Origin: Spizellomyces punctatus DAOM BR117
Taxonomy: Eukaryota
Assembly (NCBI GenBank): GCA_000182565.2
Contig: KQ257453.1
Reading direction: 5' to 3' (one strand)
Length of the DNA stretch: 64,000 bases
Made by a program: the position numbers and the translations under genes. Under the pieces are notes generated by a model, which ran no database searches, was not told the DNA's origin, and was given only the letters and a program-made list of their open reading frames with translations. Each line of letters begins with the position of its first letter. Positions within the stretch are counted from its first letter, which is position 1. This document shows, in pieces, positions 37,410 through 51,692 of this stretch.

Positions 37410-40400
37410 ATGACTGAACTAGCTGGCACTCGTGGCAGTCTTGCCAACTTGTACCGCTCCAATCCCACCCTATTTCACGATCCAGGACTTGATCCAAAGA
37501 AGCGGGCCGCGGCTGCGAACGCTATTGAGAAGAAGCGGGCGGGTTTAGATGCTCGACACCGCTATCTGTTGGAGAAGTTCGCGACTTTCATAGATGAAAA
37601 GCCTGCAACGCTAGAGAACTCTTTGCTGCAAGGCAGCAAACTTGACTATGTAAATGACTTCTTTGCAGAAGGAGGTTCCAGAAGAGTTTTGTTCTTCTGG
37701 CAGCCAGCTGGAAAGGTACGATGATGGCATAGAATCGCTAAGATTATGCAAATTTTGATGGTCAAATGCTACTTTTGGATTTTAGGATGAAGCTCCTAAA
37801 CATATGGCCGGGTTTAGCAACACTCGTACCAATACACTCATCGTTACCAATGGCAATCGCGAAGTACTCACCGGCACCGGGTGCTTCTTCATTCGTTCCA
37901 CCTCAAAGGCCATTACACCAGCCAACCTCTACCAAGAAGTTTCCTTTGGGTTGATAACACCCAATCTTCTCCCTTCACTTACGACGACTGTCAAACATGT
38001 TGTTCTTCCCGCCCTCAAAGCGCAAGAAAATTGGGGTGTCTTGACCCGACAGAAAGATGAGAGCGTTAAAGGTTTTATGGAGGTGTTGGAGAAGTTTGTG
38101 ACTGATTTAGATGTCGCAATGGTGAATTTATGCGACAGTGTGCAGTTGCATGAATGCACAGTTGATCTGGAGGCATTCAAGAAGCCCAGCGAGTATGCAA
38201 ATGCGGCACATACTCCTGAGGTTGTTAACGCGCTTGAAGGTGTGTCACAGAATTTTTCAAGCCCGATGACTGTTTATTGAGCGCTCATTGACTATCCTTT
38301 TTAGCTCTCGTGGCGGAATGGTGTAAACAAATTGAACAGGTGCTCGCCGAAAGCGAGCAAATGCGCAAAGAAGCGGATGACATCGGTCCCAACGCTGAAC
38401 TTGCACACTGGAAAGCTCGCATGGTGAAGTTCAACTCGATCACTGACCAACTCAAGTCGACGACATGCAAGAAGGTGATTGGAATTCTACATGCTGTCAA
38501 AAGCCGAGCGCTCCTGAAAACTTGGAAGGATTTGGATAACCGAGTTACGGACGCTGCCAATGAGTCCAAGGTACCTTTTTCAAACAGCGTTAATTCCTTC
38601 CAAACAATATTTACATGTTTGAACTATTAGGACAACGTCAAGTACCTGTACACCCTCGAACGGTTCTGTGAACCGCTCTACCGCAGCGATCCTGTCGGCA
38701 TGGTCCCCGCCATCCCTGGCCTCATTAACGCAATTAAGATGATCTATAGCATTTCGCGCTACTACAATACTTCTGAGAGGATGACGTCCCTTTTTGTCAA
38801 GATAACGAATCAGATGATTACCAGTTGCAAGGAATATATATACAAGGACGGAGGAAGCAAGCTTTGGGATCAGGATAGGGTTGCGTTGGTGGAAAAGTTG
38901 ACGGATTGCGTGAGACTCAATGAGGCGTATCAGAGAGTTTTCCATGAAGTTAAGCGAAAGCTAGCCGAACTGCCTCAAGAAAAGCAGTTCGACTTCTCCG
39001 AAATGTACATTTTCGGCAAGTTCGACGCCTTCTGCAAGAGGATTCAAAAAGTAGTTGACATGTTCTCCATTATTGAGAAATTTTCGCTTCTCGAGCGCCT
39101 CGGTATTGAGGGTATGGATGGGCTCATCAAGAGGTTTTCGAACATCATGATGCAGATGCAAAGGAAGCCGTATGATATTCTGGATCATAGGAAGATGGTG
39201 AATATTAAGTCTCTTAACAGTCTCAGACCAAGGTCTCATATTTTCTTCCATCACGTAGGAATATGATTCAGACTACAATACATTCAAAAAGCAGATTTCC
39301 GATCTCGAAGCCAACTTGCAGCAATTCATTGACGCAAGCTTCGAGCACATCACCAACACTGAACAAGCTCTCAACCTGCTCTCCAAGTTCAGTCAGATCA
39401 AAGACATGCAGCTGGATCTCGAATCGAAATACCATCAAGTATTTGTTCACTATACACGTCGGGATCTTGAAGGTGTCCGCAAACTTTACACCCGATACAA
39501 GGAAGCACCGCCCATCCCCCGCAACACGCCTCCTGTATCTGGTGCAATCGAATGGGCGAGACAACTGTATCGACGTATCGAAAATCCGATGAAACATTTC
39601 AAGAGTAACACGTCCGTTCTTGACTCTATGGAAGCCAAAAAGCACATCAGAAACTACAACAAGCTCGCGAGGGCATTGATTGAATTCGAGTTGTTGTGGT
39701 ACAGGTCTTGGTATGGCGTGGTGGATGAGGCCAAAACGGGTTTACAGGCCACTTTGCTAGTAGCCGACCCTGAGGGAAACCTTTATGTCAACTTCGATCC
39801 TCAAATCCTTCAATTGATTAAGGAGACCAAGCACATGCAGAGGTTGGGCTTGGAACTGCCCGAGAGTGTCAGGAACGTTTGCTTGAAGGAGATGTACTAC
39901 AAAAATCTACAGAGTGGATTGTCATCTATTCTCCAGACAAAGCAGCGCGTGCTGCTCAAGGTGACAAACGTACTCCGCCGAGCGATGGTGCCCCATATCG
40001 AAGAGTTGGATCGAACACTTCAGCCGGGATTGACTGCTTACACATGGACCTCTCTTAACCTCGATGAATACCTACAGCGTAACAACACGCAACTTGCAAA
40101 GCTTGAGGAACTCGTGGACAAGCTGCTCGACATCATTGAGGTCCGCATTGATCACGGCGTTCGTAGAATCGCCGAGTTATCTCTCTGTGAAGTACCCTCC
40201 GAGACGGAGCAATGGACAGTAGATACGTTCTTGGAGCGAATGGACGACAGATGCACCACTGTTGTGAGTGCTATCAACAATCGCTCCAACCTGATTGAAA
40301 GTGCAACACGGGACATCATTGCAGAGTTGTCCAAAGGTGTAACGACGCCCATGAGCCCGGACTTGAAACTGGCACACGAAGCAGTCTACTACCACTTCAA

Positions 40401-43400
40401 CTACCAGAACTTTGAGGCGTTGGTTCAGTGTACTAAGGGGTCTCTGGATCTACTTCGTGCTCGCCTAGGAAATTACACTGGGAACCAGTACAATCGGGCG
40501 CCGAGCCAGAAACCCTTTTTCCGTGCAGAGCTCGTGTTGAACATCCCGAACGTTGTCTTGCAGCCCAAATTGGAGGATATTCAAGCTGCTATTAATCGCG
40601 CCGCAGGCATGATCGTTGAAGTATCCAAGAAACTCAATCTCAATTGGAAGACTTTCCTCTCTTCATCGGATGCCGAGCACACGACACCACGGTCACCCGA
40701 AGACACGGCCCAGGTCGCAAACAACAAAGACGTTTTCAAAGCAATGGCCACTCTGAGTTCCACCGTAAACTCTATGCGTAAGGAAGTTGAGAATCACCGT
40801 GAGCAGTCCAGCAAATACGACTTCCTGTGGAAGGACGACAAGACGGAAACAATCCAAGCTTTCTTAAACTCCAACCCAACGATCGCCGATTTCGAATGTG
40901 AGATCAACAGATATGAAGCAATCGAAAGGGAGATCAATGACATTCCGACCACAACTCAGATTGGGTTACTGCTTGTCTCCTCTGAGCCCCTCAAACTAGC
41001 GCTATTAGCTGAAACCAAGGAGTGGAAGCAACAGTACGGTCTGAATCTCAACGGAAAGGTCAAGACGGATATGGAGCAGCTTATGGAATATATGGAAAAC
41101 AAAACCGTAAAGCTGAGTCGCAAAATCTCCGATATTGACGACCTGCGCATGGCCGTCCAGACGCTTTCCGAGATCCGTGAAGCCGAAGTTGATATTGACA
41201 TGCGCGTTGCTCCCATTGAAGAAGCGTATCTCCTTTTGACAAAGCACTCTGTGGCCGTAAGCAAAGAGGAAACGGAGATGGTCGACTCGCTTCGTTACAG
41301 TTGGAAAAAGCTAAAGCAGCTTGTAATTGACGTGCAAACGCATCTGTCAAAGATCCAACCTGTGTTCAAGGCGGATCTCATCAGTTCCGTGCAAAAGTTT
41401 TCCCAGGACGTTAAGGACTTCACTGTAGAGTACACCGAAAACGGACCTATGGTTGGCAGCATTCCACCAAAGACCGCGACCGAGAGATTAAATGTATTCC
41501 AACGTTCGTTTGACGAGTTGAACAGAAAATGGGAGACCTACTCAGCCGGTGAAGAGCTATTCTCCTTGCCTGTTACTCCCTTCCCCACCCTCGTTCGCAT
41601 CAAAAAGGAGCTGCGACTGCTTCAAAACCTTTATGGGTTGTATAACGACGTATTGGAGAAACGGCAGCAATACAACGAAACACTTTGGAGCGATCTCAAT
41701 CTGGACCAGATTAACAACGATATGAACGACTTCCAGAACAAGATCAAAAAGCTGCCCAAGGCGCTAAAAGAGTGGGATGCTTTCTTGGAGCTGAAGAAGA
41801 TTGTGGACAATCTGACGGCTATTGTACCTCTTCTTGAGATGATGAGCAACAAGGCCATGCAGCCACGCCACTGGGACAGAATCCAACAGCTCACCAACTC
41901 TACATTCAACCTTGACCCAGAAATGTTTTACCTCAAAAACCTTCTTGATGCGCCTTTGAATGAGAATCGGGACGATATTGAAGACATATGCACGGCAGCA
42001 GTCAAGGAAGCTGACATCGAGATCAAATTGAAGCAGGTCGTGACCGAATGGGAGGATAAGAGCTTTATTCTTGCCGCTTTTAAAAATAGGGGTAACCTTA
42101 TTTTGAAACCGTCCTCAACTTCTGAAATCATCTCTCAAATGGAGGATGGTTTGATGACCCTCGCATCACTGATGAGTAACCGTTACAATGCGCCCTTTAA
42201 GCCCGTCATCCAGACCTGGGTTCACAATCTATCGACAGCATCTGAAGTCATTGAGAACTGGTTGGCGGTACAGAACCTGTGGATTTACTTGGAAGCGGTT
42301 TTCGTAGGAGGTGACATTGCCAAACAGATGCCAAAGGAAGCAAAGCGGTTTAGCAACATCGATAAGAGCTGGGTGAAGATTATGAGTCTGGCCAATGAGC
42401 ATCCAAATGTCATCCAATGTTGTGTACTGGACGAGACGATTGCAAACCTGCTTCCGCATCTAACGGAACAGCTCGAGCTGTGTCAAAAGTCTCTTTCCGG
42501 CTATCTGGAGTCCAAGCGTGCTATTTTCCCTCGTTTCTATTTCGTGTCCGACCCGGCGCTTCTTGAGATTTTGGGACAGGCGAGCGACTCACATACGATT
42601 CAAGCGCACTTGAAGTCTGTTTTTGACAATGTCAACAATGTCCAGTTCCACGAGAAGGATTATGACAAAATCCTTGCCCTTGAAAGTGCCGAGGGTGAGC
42701 GTGTACCCTTGAGTCGACACATGCTTGCCGCGGGCAACGTTGAAATGTGGTTGGGCACTCTCCTAAAGTCAATGCAAACAACTATCAACGACATCATTCG
42801 TGAAGCGGCTAGCAGGATGAACGATATGCCTCTGCAAAAATTCATGGATGAGTATCCTGCTCAGGTTGGGTTGTTGTGTCTCCAGATTCAATGGACGCAG
42901 ATGTGCGAGGAAGCACTGCAAGCGTCAAAGACGGACAAAAAGAAGATGGCTGCAACAAATCAGCGAATTACTGAGATTTTGAACACCCTGATTGAAGTGA
43001 CCACCAGAGATTTAACTAAGATGGATCGAACAAAGTATGAGACTCTCATCACAATCCAAGTGCATCACCGGGATGTGTTTGAGAAGCTTTATAAAGCGCA
43101 CGTCAAGAGTCCAGATGACTTTGAGTGGCTCAAGCAGGCTCGATTCTACTGGCAAGAGACAAAGGACTGTTGCGTTGTTTCGATCACAAACTTCGACTTT
43201 AAATACCAGTGCGAGTACCTTGGGTGCACGGATCGTTTGGTCATTACCCCTCTCACCGATCGTTGTTACATTACGCTCGCCCAAGCGATTGGTATGTCAT
43301 TAGGAGGCTCACCAGCCGGTCCTGCCGGAACGGGTAAAACGGAATCCGTCAAGGATCTTGGAAAGAATCTTGGAAAATGGGTTGTCGTATTCAACTGTTC

Positions 43401-46400
43401 AGATCAAATGGATTACCGTGGTTTAGGTCGTATCTTCAAGGGATTGGCGCAAAGTGGATGTTGGGGCTGTTTCGACGAGTTCAACCGTATCGAACTACCG
43501 GTATTGTCCGTCGCTGCCCAGCAGATTGGTTGTGTGTTCTCCGCAAGGAAGGAAAGGAAGAGCTCCTTCATTTTCACAGACGGTGATACAGTTGAACTTA
43601 ACCCCGAAGTAGGTATGTTCATCACCATGAACCCCGGTTATGCAGGACGTGTCGAGCTTCCCGAGAATTTGAAGGTCCACTTCCGTTACGTAGCGATGAT
43701 GGTTCCTGATCGCCAGATCATCATGAGGGTGAAGTTGGCCGGATGTGGTTTCCTGAACAACATCATCCTGGCAAAGAAGTTCTTTGTCCTCTACCGTCTT
43801 TGCGAGGAGCAGCTTTCCAAGCAAGTGCACTATGATTTTGGTCTTCGTAACATTTTGTCAGTATTGCGTACTTGCGGTGCAGCGAAGCGTGGAAATCCTG
43901 AAGATTCAGAGAATCTGATTATCATGCGTGTTCTTCGTGACATGAACTTGTCCAAGCTCGTAGACGAGGATGAGGCGCTTTTCTTGAGTTTGGTGAATGA
44001 TTTGTTCCCCGGCTTGACTGCAAAGAAGAGTACATATCCAAGTATGGAGGCGGCTATCGACCAGCAGCTCCAGGATGCCAATCTCATCAATCACCCCCCG
44101 TGGACGCTGAAGGTCATTCAGTTGTACGAAACTGCAAAAGTCCGTCACGGTATTATGGTCCTCGGACCCACAGGTACGGGTAAGACGAAATGTATCAACG
44201 CATTGCTGAAAGCTATGACGGCTTGCGGCGATCCACACAAGGAATTGAGAATGAACCCGAAAGCCATTACCGATTATCAAATGTTTGGACGGTTGGATGT
44301 TGCAACCAATGACTGGACAGACGGTATTTTCTCATCTTTGTGGAGAAAAACGCTAAAGAAAAAAGGTGAAACTATTTGGATCGTATTGGACGGTCCTGTC
44401 GACGCAGTGTGGATTGAGAATTTGAACAGTGTTCTGGACGATAACAAGTGCTTGACACTGGCAAACGGTGATCGTATTCCCATGTCAGCCGCTTGTAAGC
44501 TCACATTTGAGGTCCACAGTTTGAGAAACGCATCTCCGGCTACGGTATCTCGTTGTGGTATGATCTACATCGGTGTGACGGCACTCTCATGGGACATTGT
44601 CCTTCAGTCGTGGTTCAAATCCCGGGCAGCATCCGAGGTAGCCGTCCTTGAACCTCTGTTCAACGCCAGCTTTGGTGCTTGCAGCAACTACATGAACTTG
44701 GAGCTGCACCCCAAGATGATCATTGCGCGTGTGCAATATGTTGTTAATTGCACGACGTTGTTGAATGGATTGATCCCCAAGGCCGAGGCAAACAAGTCAC
44801 AAATTGCCGCTGATCACTTGGAGAGGCTGTATGTATTCTGTTTGTTCTGGGCATTGGGGGCTCTTTTGGAACTTGATGAGCGGAAGAAGCTTCAGACGTT
44901 CATGCTGGAGAAATGTCCGGACCTCAAGTACCCACCACTTGATCAGAATAGCCAAGACACATTCTACGAGTACTTTGTCGATGAGTCTGGTCAATGGAGT
45001 CATTGGCGTGAGCGTGTACCGGGATGGCAGTACCCTCAAGACAGCACTCCAGAGTTCTCTAGCATCATCATTCCTACTGTGGACAATGTTCGAACAGAGT
45101 TTTTGATCGACACAGTTTCCAAGCAGTCCAAATCGGTCCTACTTATTGGTGAGCCTGGAACGGCCAAAACGGTCACCGTCAGAAAATACCTCGCGAAGCT
45201 CAATCCCGACACTCATTTGTCGAAGAACTTGAGTTTCTCATCCGCAACCACTCCCATGATCTTCCAGCGAACTATTGAAAGCTATCTCGACAAGCGCATG
45301 GGTTCTACCTACGGTCCACCTGCCGGAAAGAAGATGATCTTATTTATTGACGACATCAACATGCCCGAGATCAACGAGTGGGGTGATCAGGTAACTGGAG
45401 AAATTGTCCGACAGTTGATGGAGTACCAAGGCTTCTATTCTCTGGACCGACCTGGTGATTGGACAGGCATTGTTGATTTGCAGTTCTTGGGGGCTATGAT
45501 GCACCCCGGAGGTGGTCGTAACGATATTCCGAGTCGTCTAAAGCGACAGTTCTTGGTCATCAACTGTACGATTCCATCTGACGTCTCTGTTGACAAGATC
45601 TTTGGCACGATGTTGGAGGGACATTTCTCAGCCGCTCGCAAATTCCCAGAAGAAGTTATCGCAATGGCTGCTCGTCTACCAGCACTTACTCGGCGATTGT
45701 GGCAATCGACAAAAGCAAAAATGCTTCCCACACCTGCTAAATTCCACTACATTTTCAACTTGCGGGACCTGTCCCGTATTGTGGAGGGCATGCTTAACAC
45801 TAAATCTGAAGTTATCAACAGCACCAAAATGCTGCTTCATTTGTGGGAGCATGAATGTTCTCGTGTGATCCCGGATCGGTTTGTCACATCTGAGGATATC
45901 GACTGGTTCAGCAAGACTCTGGTTAACCTTGTCCAGAAAGAGGTTGGTGACGATGCTGCAGCCGCAGTCGCTCAAAAGAGCTACTTTGTAGACTTCTTGC
46001 GGGAACCCCCAGAAATCGATGACCCGGACGTTGAAATTGACTTGGATGCCCTCAAGGTTTACGAAAAGATTCCTTCGTTCGAGGCTCTTCGTGACCGATT
46101 GCAGGACTATATGAAGCAATACAATGAAAACATCCGTGGATCTAAAATGGATCTGGTACTTTTTGAGGACGCTATGAAGCACATTGTTAGGATCTCACGT
46201 ATCATTCGCACTCCTCGTGGAAACGCTCTGCTGGTTGGTGTCGGAGGTTCCGGCAAACAGTCCTTGACCAAGTTGGCTGCATTTATTGCGAAAAGTCAGG
46301 TCTTCCAGATCTCCATCTCAAAGAATTACAGCGTTCAAAACCTGATGGAAGACTTCAAATTTATGTACAAACTTGCCGGAGCACAAGGGAAATCCGTAAC

Positions 46401-49400
46401 CTTCATCTTCACTGACAACGAAGTCAAGGAGGAAGCTTTCCTCGGATATATTAACAACATTCTTACATCCGGTGAAATCACCAACCTCTTCCCGAAAGAT
46501 GAGGTGATTGGTATCACTGGCGATCTCCGGGTGCCCATGAAAAAGGCCCGGCCAACAGTTCCGGACACACTGGAAAATCTCTGGCAGTTCTTCATTGACC
46601 GTGTAAAGGCCAACCTCCACGTTGTGCTTTGCTTTTCGCCTGTTGGTGACAAGTTCCGAAACCGGTCGCTGAAATTCCCTGGGCTCGTTTCTGGATGTAC
46701 GATGGACTGGTTCACCCGCTGGCCAAACGAGGCATTGCGGGCTGTTGCGGAGAAGTATCTAAATGAGGTGGACATCGTAGGTACGGATCAAGTTAGAAAG
46801 GAGGTCGTAGCGCATATGGCCTTTGTCCACGACCTTGTGGCGGAGGCCTGCAACAACTATTTTGTGCAGTTCCGTCGCAGGACCCATGTGACTCCAAAGT
46901 CCTACCTGTCGTTCTTGGACTCTTACAAGACACTATATGTGCAAAAACGGAATGAAGTGGGTGGCCTTGCCGATCGAATGAACATGGGTCTAGCAAAACT
47001 GGTGGAAGCTTCCAAATCAGTCGCTCAGTTGCAAGAAGAACTTGTTGTGAAGGAGCGCGATCTAGCCGTGGCCTCCAAGGCTGCTGATGCCGTGCTCGCT
47101 GAGGTGACAGCCAGTACAGCCTCAGCCGAAAAGGTCAAGGATGCTGTGCTCAAGGTGAAAACCAAATCCGAAGGGATTGCAAACGCAATCAAAGCGGACA
47201 AGGAATATGCCGAGTCACAACTCGAGGCCGCCAAACCAGCGTTGGAGGAAGCCACCAATGCGTTGAACTCTATTCAGCCAGCCCACATCTCCACAGTTCG
47301 TAAGCTGGCAAAACCGCCTCACCTTGTCATGCGTATCATGGATGGTGTGCTCCTGCTACAAAAACGGAAAGTAGATCCGGTTGTCCAGGATCCAGACAGG
47401 CCTTGTGTGAAGCCATCATGGAGCGAGTCTCTCAAACTCATGTCAGCCTCGGACTTTTTGTCTTCGCTCGTGAACTTCCCTAAAGATGAGATAAATGAGG
47501 AAACAGTCGAGCTGTTGGAGCCTTACCTCGAAATGCCGGATTTCAATCTTGAAGGTGCCAAAAAGGTGTCTGCTGATGTCGCCGGTCTTACCTCTTGGGT
47601 CAAGGCTATGGCGTTTTACTTTGGCGTGAACAAGAAAGTGATCCCATTGAAGGCTAATCTGATCGTTCAAGAGCACAAACTTGCTTTGGCCATGGAGGAC
47701 TTGAATAAAGCTCAACAACAGTTGGATGAGAAGCAAGCGGAATTAGACGTTTTCAAAGAAAAGTATAACCAAGCTGTCGGAACGAAGCAAGCGTTACAAG
47801 CCGACGCCGATAATTGTAAGCGGAAGATGAACGCAGCCACTGCCCTCATTTCTGGATTGAAAGGAGAAAAAGATCGTTGGACGATTCAAAGTAAAGAGTT
47901 CGCCGAGAGAATCGGCCGTCTTGTGGGTGATATTATTCTCGCCACAGCTTTTCTGTCATACAGCGGGCCTTTCAATCAGTCCTTCCGAGCCCAACTCTTG
48001 TCTGACTGGAAAAGGGAACTGGTCAAACGAAAGATCCCACACAGTGAGGATTTGGACATTGCAGGTCTTCTGGTTGACCCTACTACTGTCGGAGAATGGA
48101 ACATTCAAGGGTTACCGACGGACGAACTCTCTATCCAAAACGGTATTGTCGTCAACAAGGGCTCGAGATACCCTCTCCTGATTGACCCACAAAACCAGGC
48201 GAAAGTCTGGATTAAAAACAAGGAAGAGAAGAATAAACTCCTCGTTACGAGTCTCACAAACAAGTACTTCCGTGCGCATGTCGAGGACTGCGTCAGTCAA
48301 GGCCGGCCCTTGCTGATTGAAGACGTCGAGGAGACCCTCGACCCTACGCTAGACAACATCCTAGAAAAGAATTTGATGAAAGCCGGTAGATCGTTTAAGG
48401 TCGCATTTGGAGACAAGGAGCTGGATTGGAGTGACGGATTCTATCTCTTCATCACCACCAAACTTCCCAATCCCAACTGGTCTCCGGAAATGTACGCCAA
48501 ATGTTCAGTTATCGACTTTACTGTTACGCACAAAGGTCTGGAAGAGCAACTTTTGGGCCGCGTCATCATGCGCGAGAAACAAGAACTTGAAACAGAGCGA
48601 GCCAAGCTTCTCGAAGAAGTCAACTCCAACAAGCGGAAAATGAAACAGCTTGAAGATAATCTTTTGGAGAGGTTGACATCGACTCAGGGATCTCTTGTTG
48701 ACGATGAGTCGCTGATTGAAGTGCTGGCCGTAACGAAAACCACAGCAGAGGAAGTTAACGAGAAGCTCGTCGTCGCGGCTGAAACCCAAAAGAAAATTGG
48801 GACAGCCCGTGAAGAATATCGACCGGTCGCTAGCCGAGGTTCCATTATTTATTTCCTGATCGCAGAAATGAGCATGGTGAACGTTATGTACCAAACTTCC
48901 CTCAAACAGTTCCTGCAGCTGTTTGATGAAAGTATGGAAAGGAGTGCTCCATCCCCGATTCCAAGCAAACGAATTCAAAACATTATCGAGTACTGTACCT
49001 TCCGTGCGTTCTCCTACATTGCGCGAGGACTTTACGAAATCCACAAAGTCCTCTTTGTCCTGTTGCTGGCAATCAAGATTGACATTTCCATGAACAAAAT
49101 CTCCCATGATGAGTTCCGATGCTTAATCAAGGGAGGTGCTGCGTTGGATATCAATGCCGTCGTCAAAAAGCCCTTCAACTGGATTCCAGACATGACGTGG
49201 CTCAACTTGGTTGCCTTGAGCAAAATGCCCGGTTTCAACGATTTGTTGAACCAAATTGGAAAGAATGAGAAGGCTTGGAGGTCCTGGTATGAAAAGGATG
49301 CCCCGGAGAATGAGATGCTCCCAAGTGGGTATCAAAATACGTTGGATGCTTTCCGTCGGTTGTTGCTCGTCCGGTCCTGGTGCCTCGACCGAACTATAAT

Positions 49401-51397
49401 GATGGCCAAACAGTACATTGCCGAGTCCATGTCCCCCCGGTTTGCCGAATCCCAAATCTTGGACCTCGACGCCTTGCTCACTGAATCGGATAACCGAACC
49501 CCTATGATCTGTCTGTTGTCCACTGGATCTGATCCATCAGCGGATATAGAGAATCTGAGCAAGAAGTACAAGATTGACATCAAGGCTATTTCCATGGGAC
49601 AAGGACAAGAAGTACATGCACGCAAACTCTTGTCGGCCTTCATGACCAACGGAGGTTGGGCTTTACTCCAAAACTGTCACTTGGGAATCCCGTTCATGGA
49701 CGAACTCCTTGGACTCATCCTCGAAACTGAGACCGTACACGATAAGTTCCGCCTCTGGATCACCACAGATGTTAGCCCCAAATTCCCCATCACATTCCTG
49801 CAAATGTCCATTAAATTCACGAACGAGCCTCCTCAGGGGGTGAAAGCCGGTCTCAAGCGGACATATGCCTGGTTCACGCAAGATATGCTTGACATGAGTC
49901 CAAGACCGCAGTACAAACCTCTGTTGTACGGTCTGGCATTCTTGCATTCCATTGTGCAAGAACGACGAAAGTTTGGACCGTTGGGATGGAACATTCCCTA
50001 CGAGTTCAACCAGAGTGATTTGGCGGCTAGTGTCCAATTTGTGCAGAACCATGTGGATGAACTGGCTCCAAAGGCTCCCATCTCGTGGACGACGGCAAGG
50101 TTCATGTTCTGCGAGGTTCATTATGGTGGAAGAGTTACAGACGATTTTGATCGGTGAGTATTACATGTTTCTGCAAACTTCTAGGCATCACATATAGGTT
50201 TATGCTCAACTATCTACTCTACTCTACCAGTCGCCTTCTCAACACCTATGGAAAAGTCTGGTTCGGAGATCACATGTTCGCCGACACCTTTGCATTCTAC
50301 AAGGGCTATACCATTCCATATCTCAAATCTGTCGATGAATATCGCGCCTCCATTGAATCCCTTCCTCTCATCGACACACCCGACGTCTTCGGCCTGCACC
50401 CCAATGCCGATATCTCCTCCCAAACGAAAGAATCTCAGCAAATGCTGGACACGATCATGTCAATCCAACCCAAAGATTCCAACACGGGGACTGGAGAAAC
50501 AAGGGAAGAAGTCGTGAAACGTATTGCCAACGACCTGTTGAGCAAATTGCCCGAGGACTTTGACAAGAACAAAACCAAATCATGCATACAGAAACAAGGA
50601 GGTCCCAAGCCTCTCAACATCTTCCTTGGACAAGAAGTCGACCGCATGCAGATCGTCATCGGAGCCGTCCGCTCCACTCTTTCTGACCTCAAACTGGCCA
50701 TTGACGGAACCATCATCGTCAGTGCTCAACTCCAAGAAGCCCTTGACGCCCTCTACGACGCTCGAGTCCCGACGGCGTGGATCAAAATCTCGTGGCAAGG
50801 ATCTACACTCGGGTTATGGTATTCAGAGCTGTTGACTCGAGTCGCGCAGTTCCAGACGTGGCTGTACGATGGACGGCCGTTGGTGTTTTGGTTGAGTGGG
50901 TTCTTTAACCCACAAGGGTTCTTGACGGCGATTCGGCAGGAGATTACGAGGGTACACAATGGGTGGGCGTTGGACAACGTCAAGGTAAATCTAGTCAATT
51001 TTCCATCACTATCAACTAGTTAACATTGTCGCTCACACAATCTCTTCCCATTCAGCTCGCTCCAGAGGTCATGAAACAAATGAAAGAAGACATAACTGCA
51101 CCCCCCGCCGAAGGCGTGTACATCCACGGCCTTTTCATCGAAGGTGCTGCTTGGGACCGGAAGAACATCCGACTGACCGAGTCTCAACCCAAGGTCATTT
51201 ACCAAGCCATGCCAGTCGTTCACGTCTCTGCTACCAATTCGACGGATGAAGGGGATCCTAGGATGTATAAATGTCCAGTATACCGACGACCTCGACGAAC
51301 GGATCAGAATTACGTTTTCGACATTGAGTTGAAGACGGTACAGAATCCGGACTATTGGATTATGAGGGGGGTTGCATTGCTTTGTGCGACAAGTTAG
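37410..51397 (+). CDS. Axonemal outer-arm dynein heavy chain, gamma/DNAH5-8 type
   Basis: About 4500 aa in 7 exons; P-loops [24 protein letters not shown] and GVGGSGKQ; stalk and microtubule-binding domain; C-terminus [10 protein letters not shown]. Confidence 0.95.
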
Positions 51398-51692
51398 ACT
51401 GTTGGTTCTTGCGAGGATTTTTTGACGTTTTCTGCCACGCCCTTTTTGTGTATTTTTCTACTGTATGGGATACTTGTCGAGACTGGGATCGTTTGTCTTG
51501 GGGATTTTTTCCTGTGGATAGATAGTCGATAATATGATGGACGATTGTAAATACTACTTTTCAAATGTCCGTTTCATGGCCGTTTTCAGACATGTAAGGT
51601 GCAAGTGACCAATCACAGCACAGTCCAGATTCCAAGATACTCGAGAAATATATTACAAACAAAAATACTATCTTCTACCAAACCCCAATACA

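Noticed and set aside
40152-50998. Many 60-200 aa ORFs inside the dynein gene
   Set aside because: Alternative-frame or antisense shadows with no motifs
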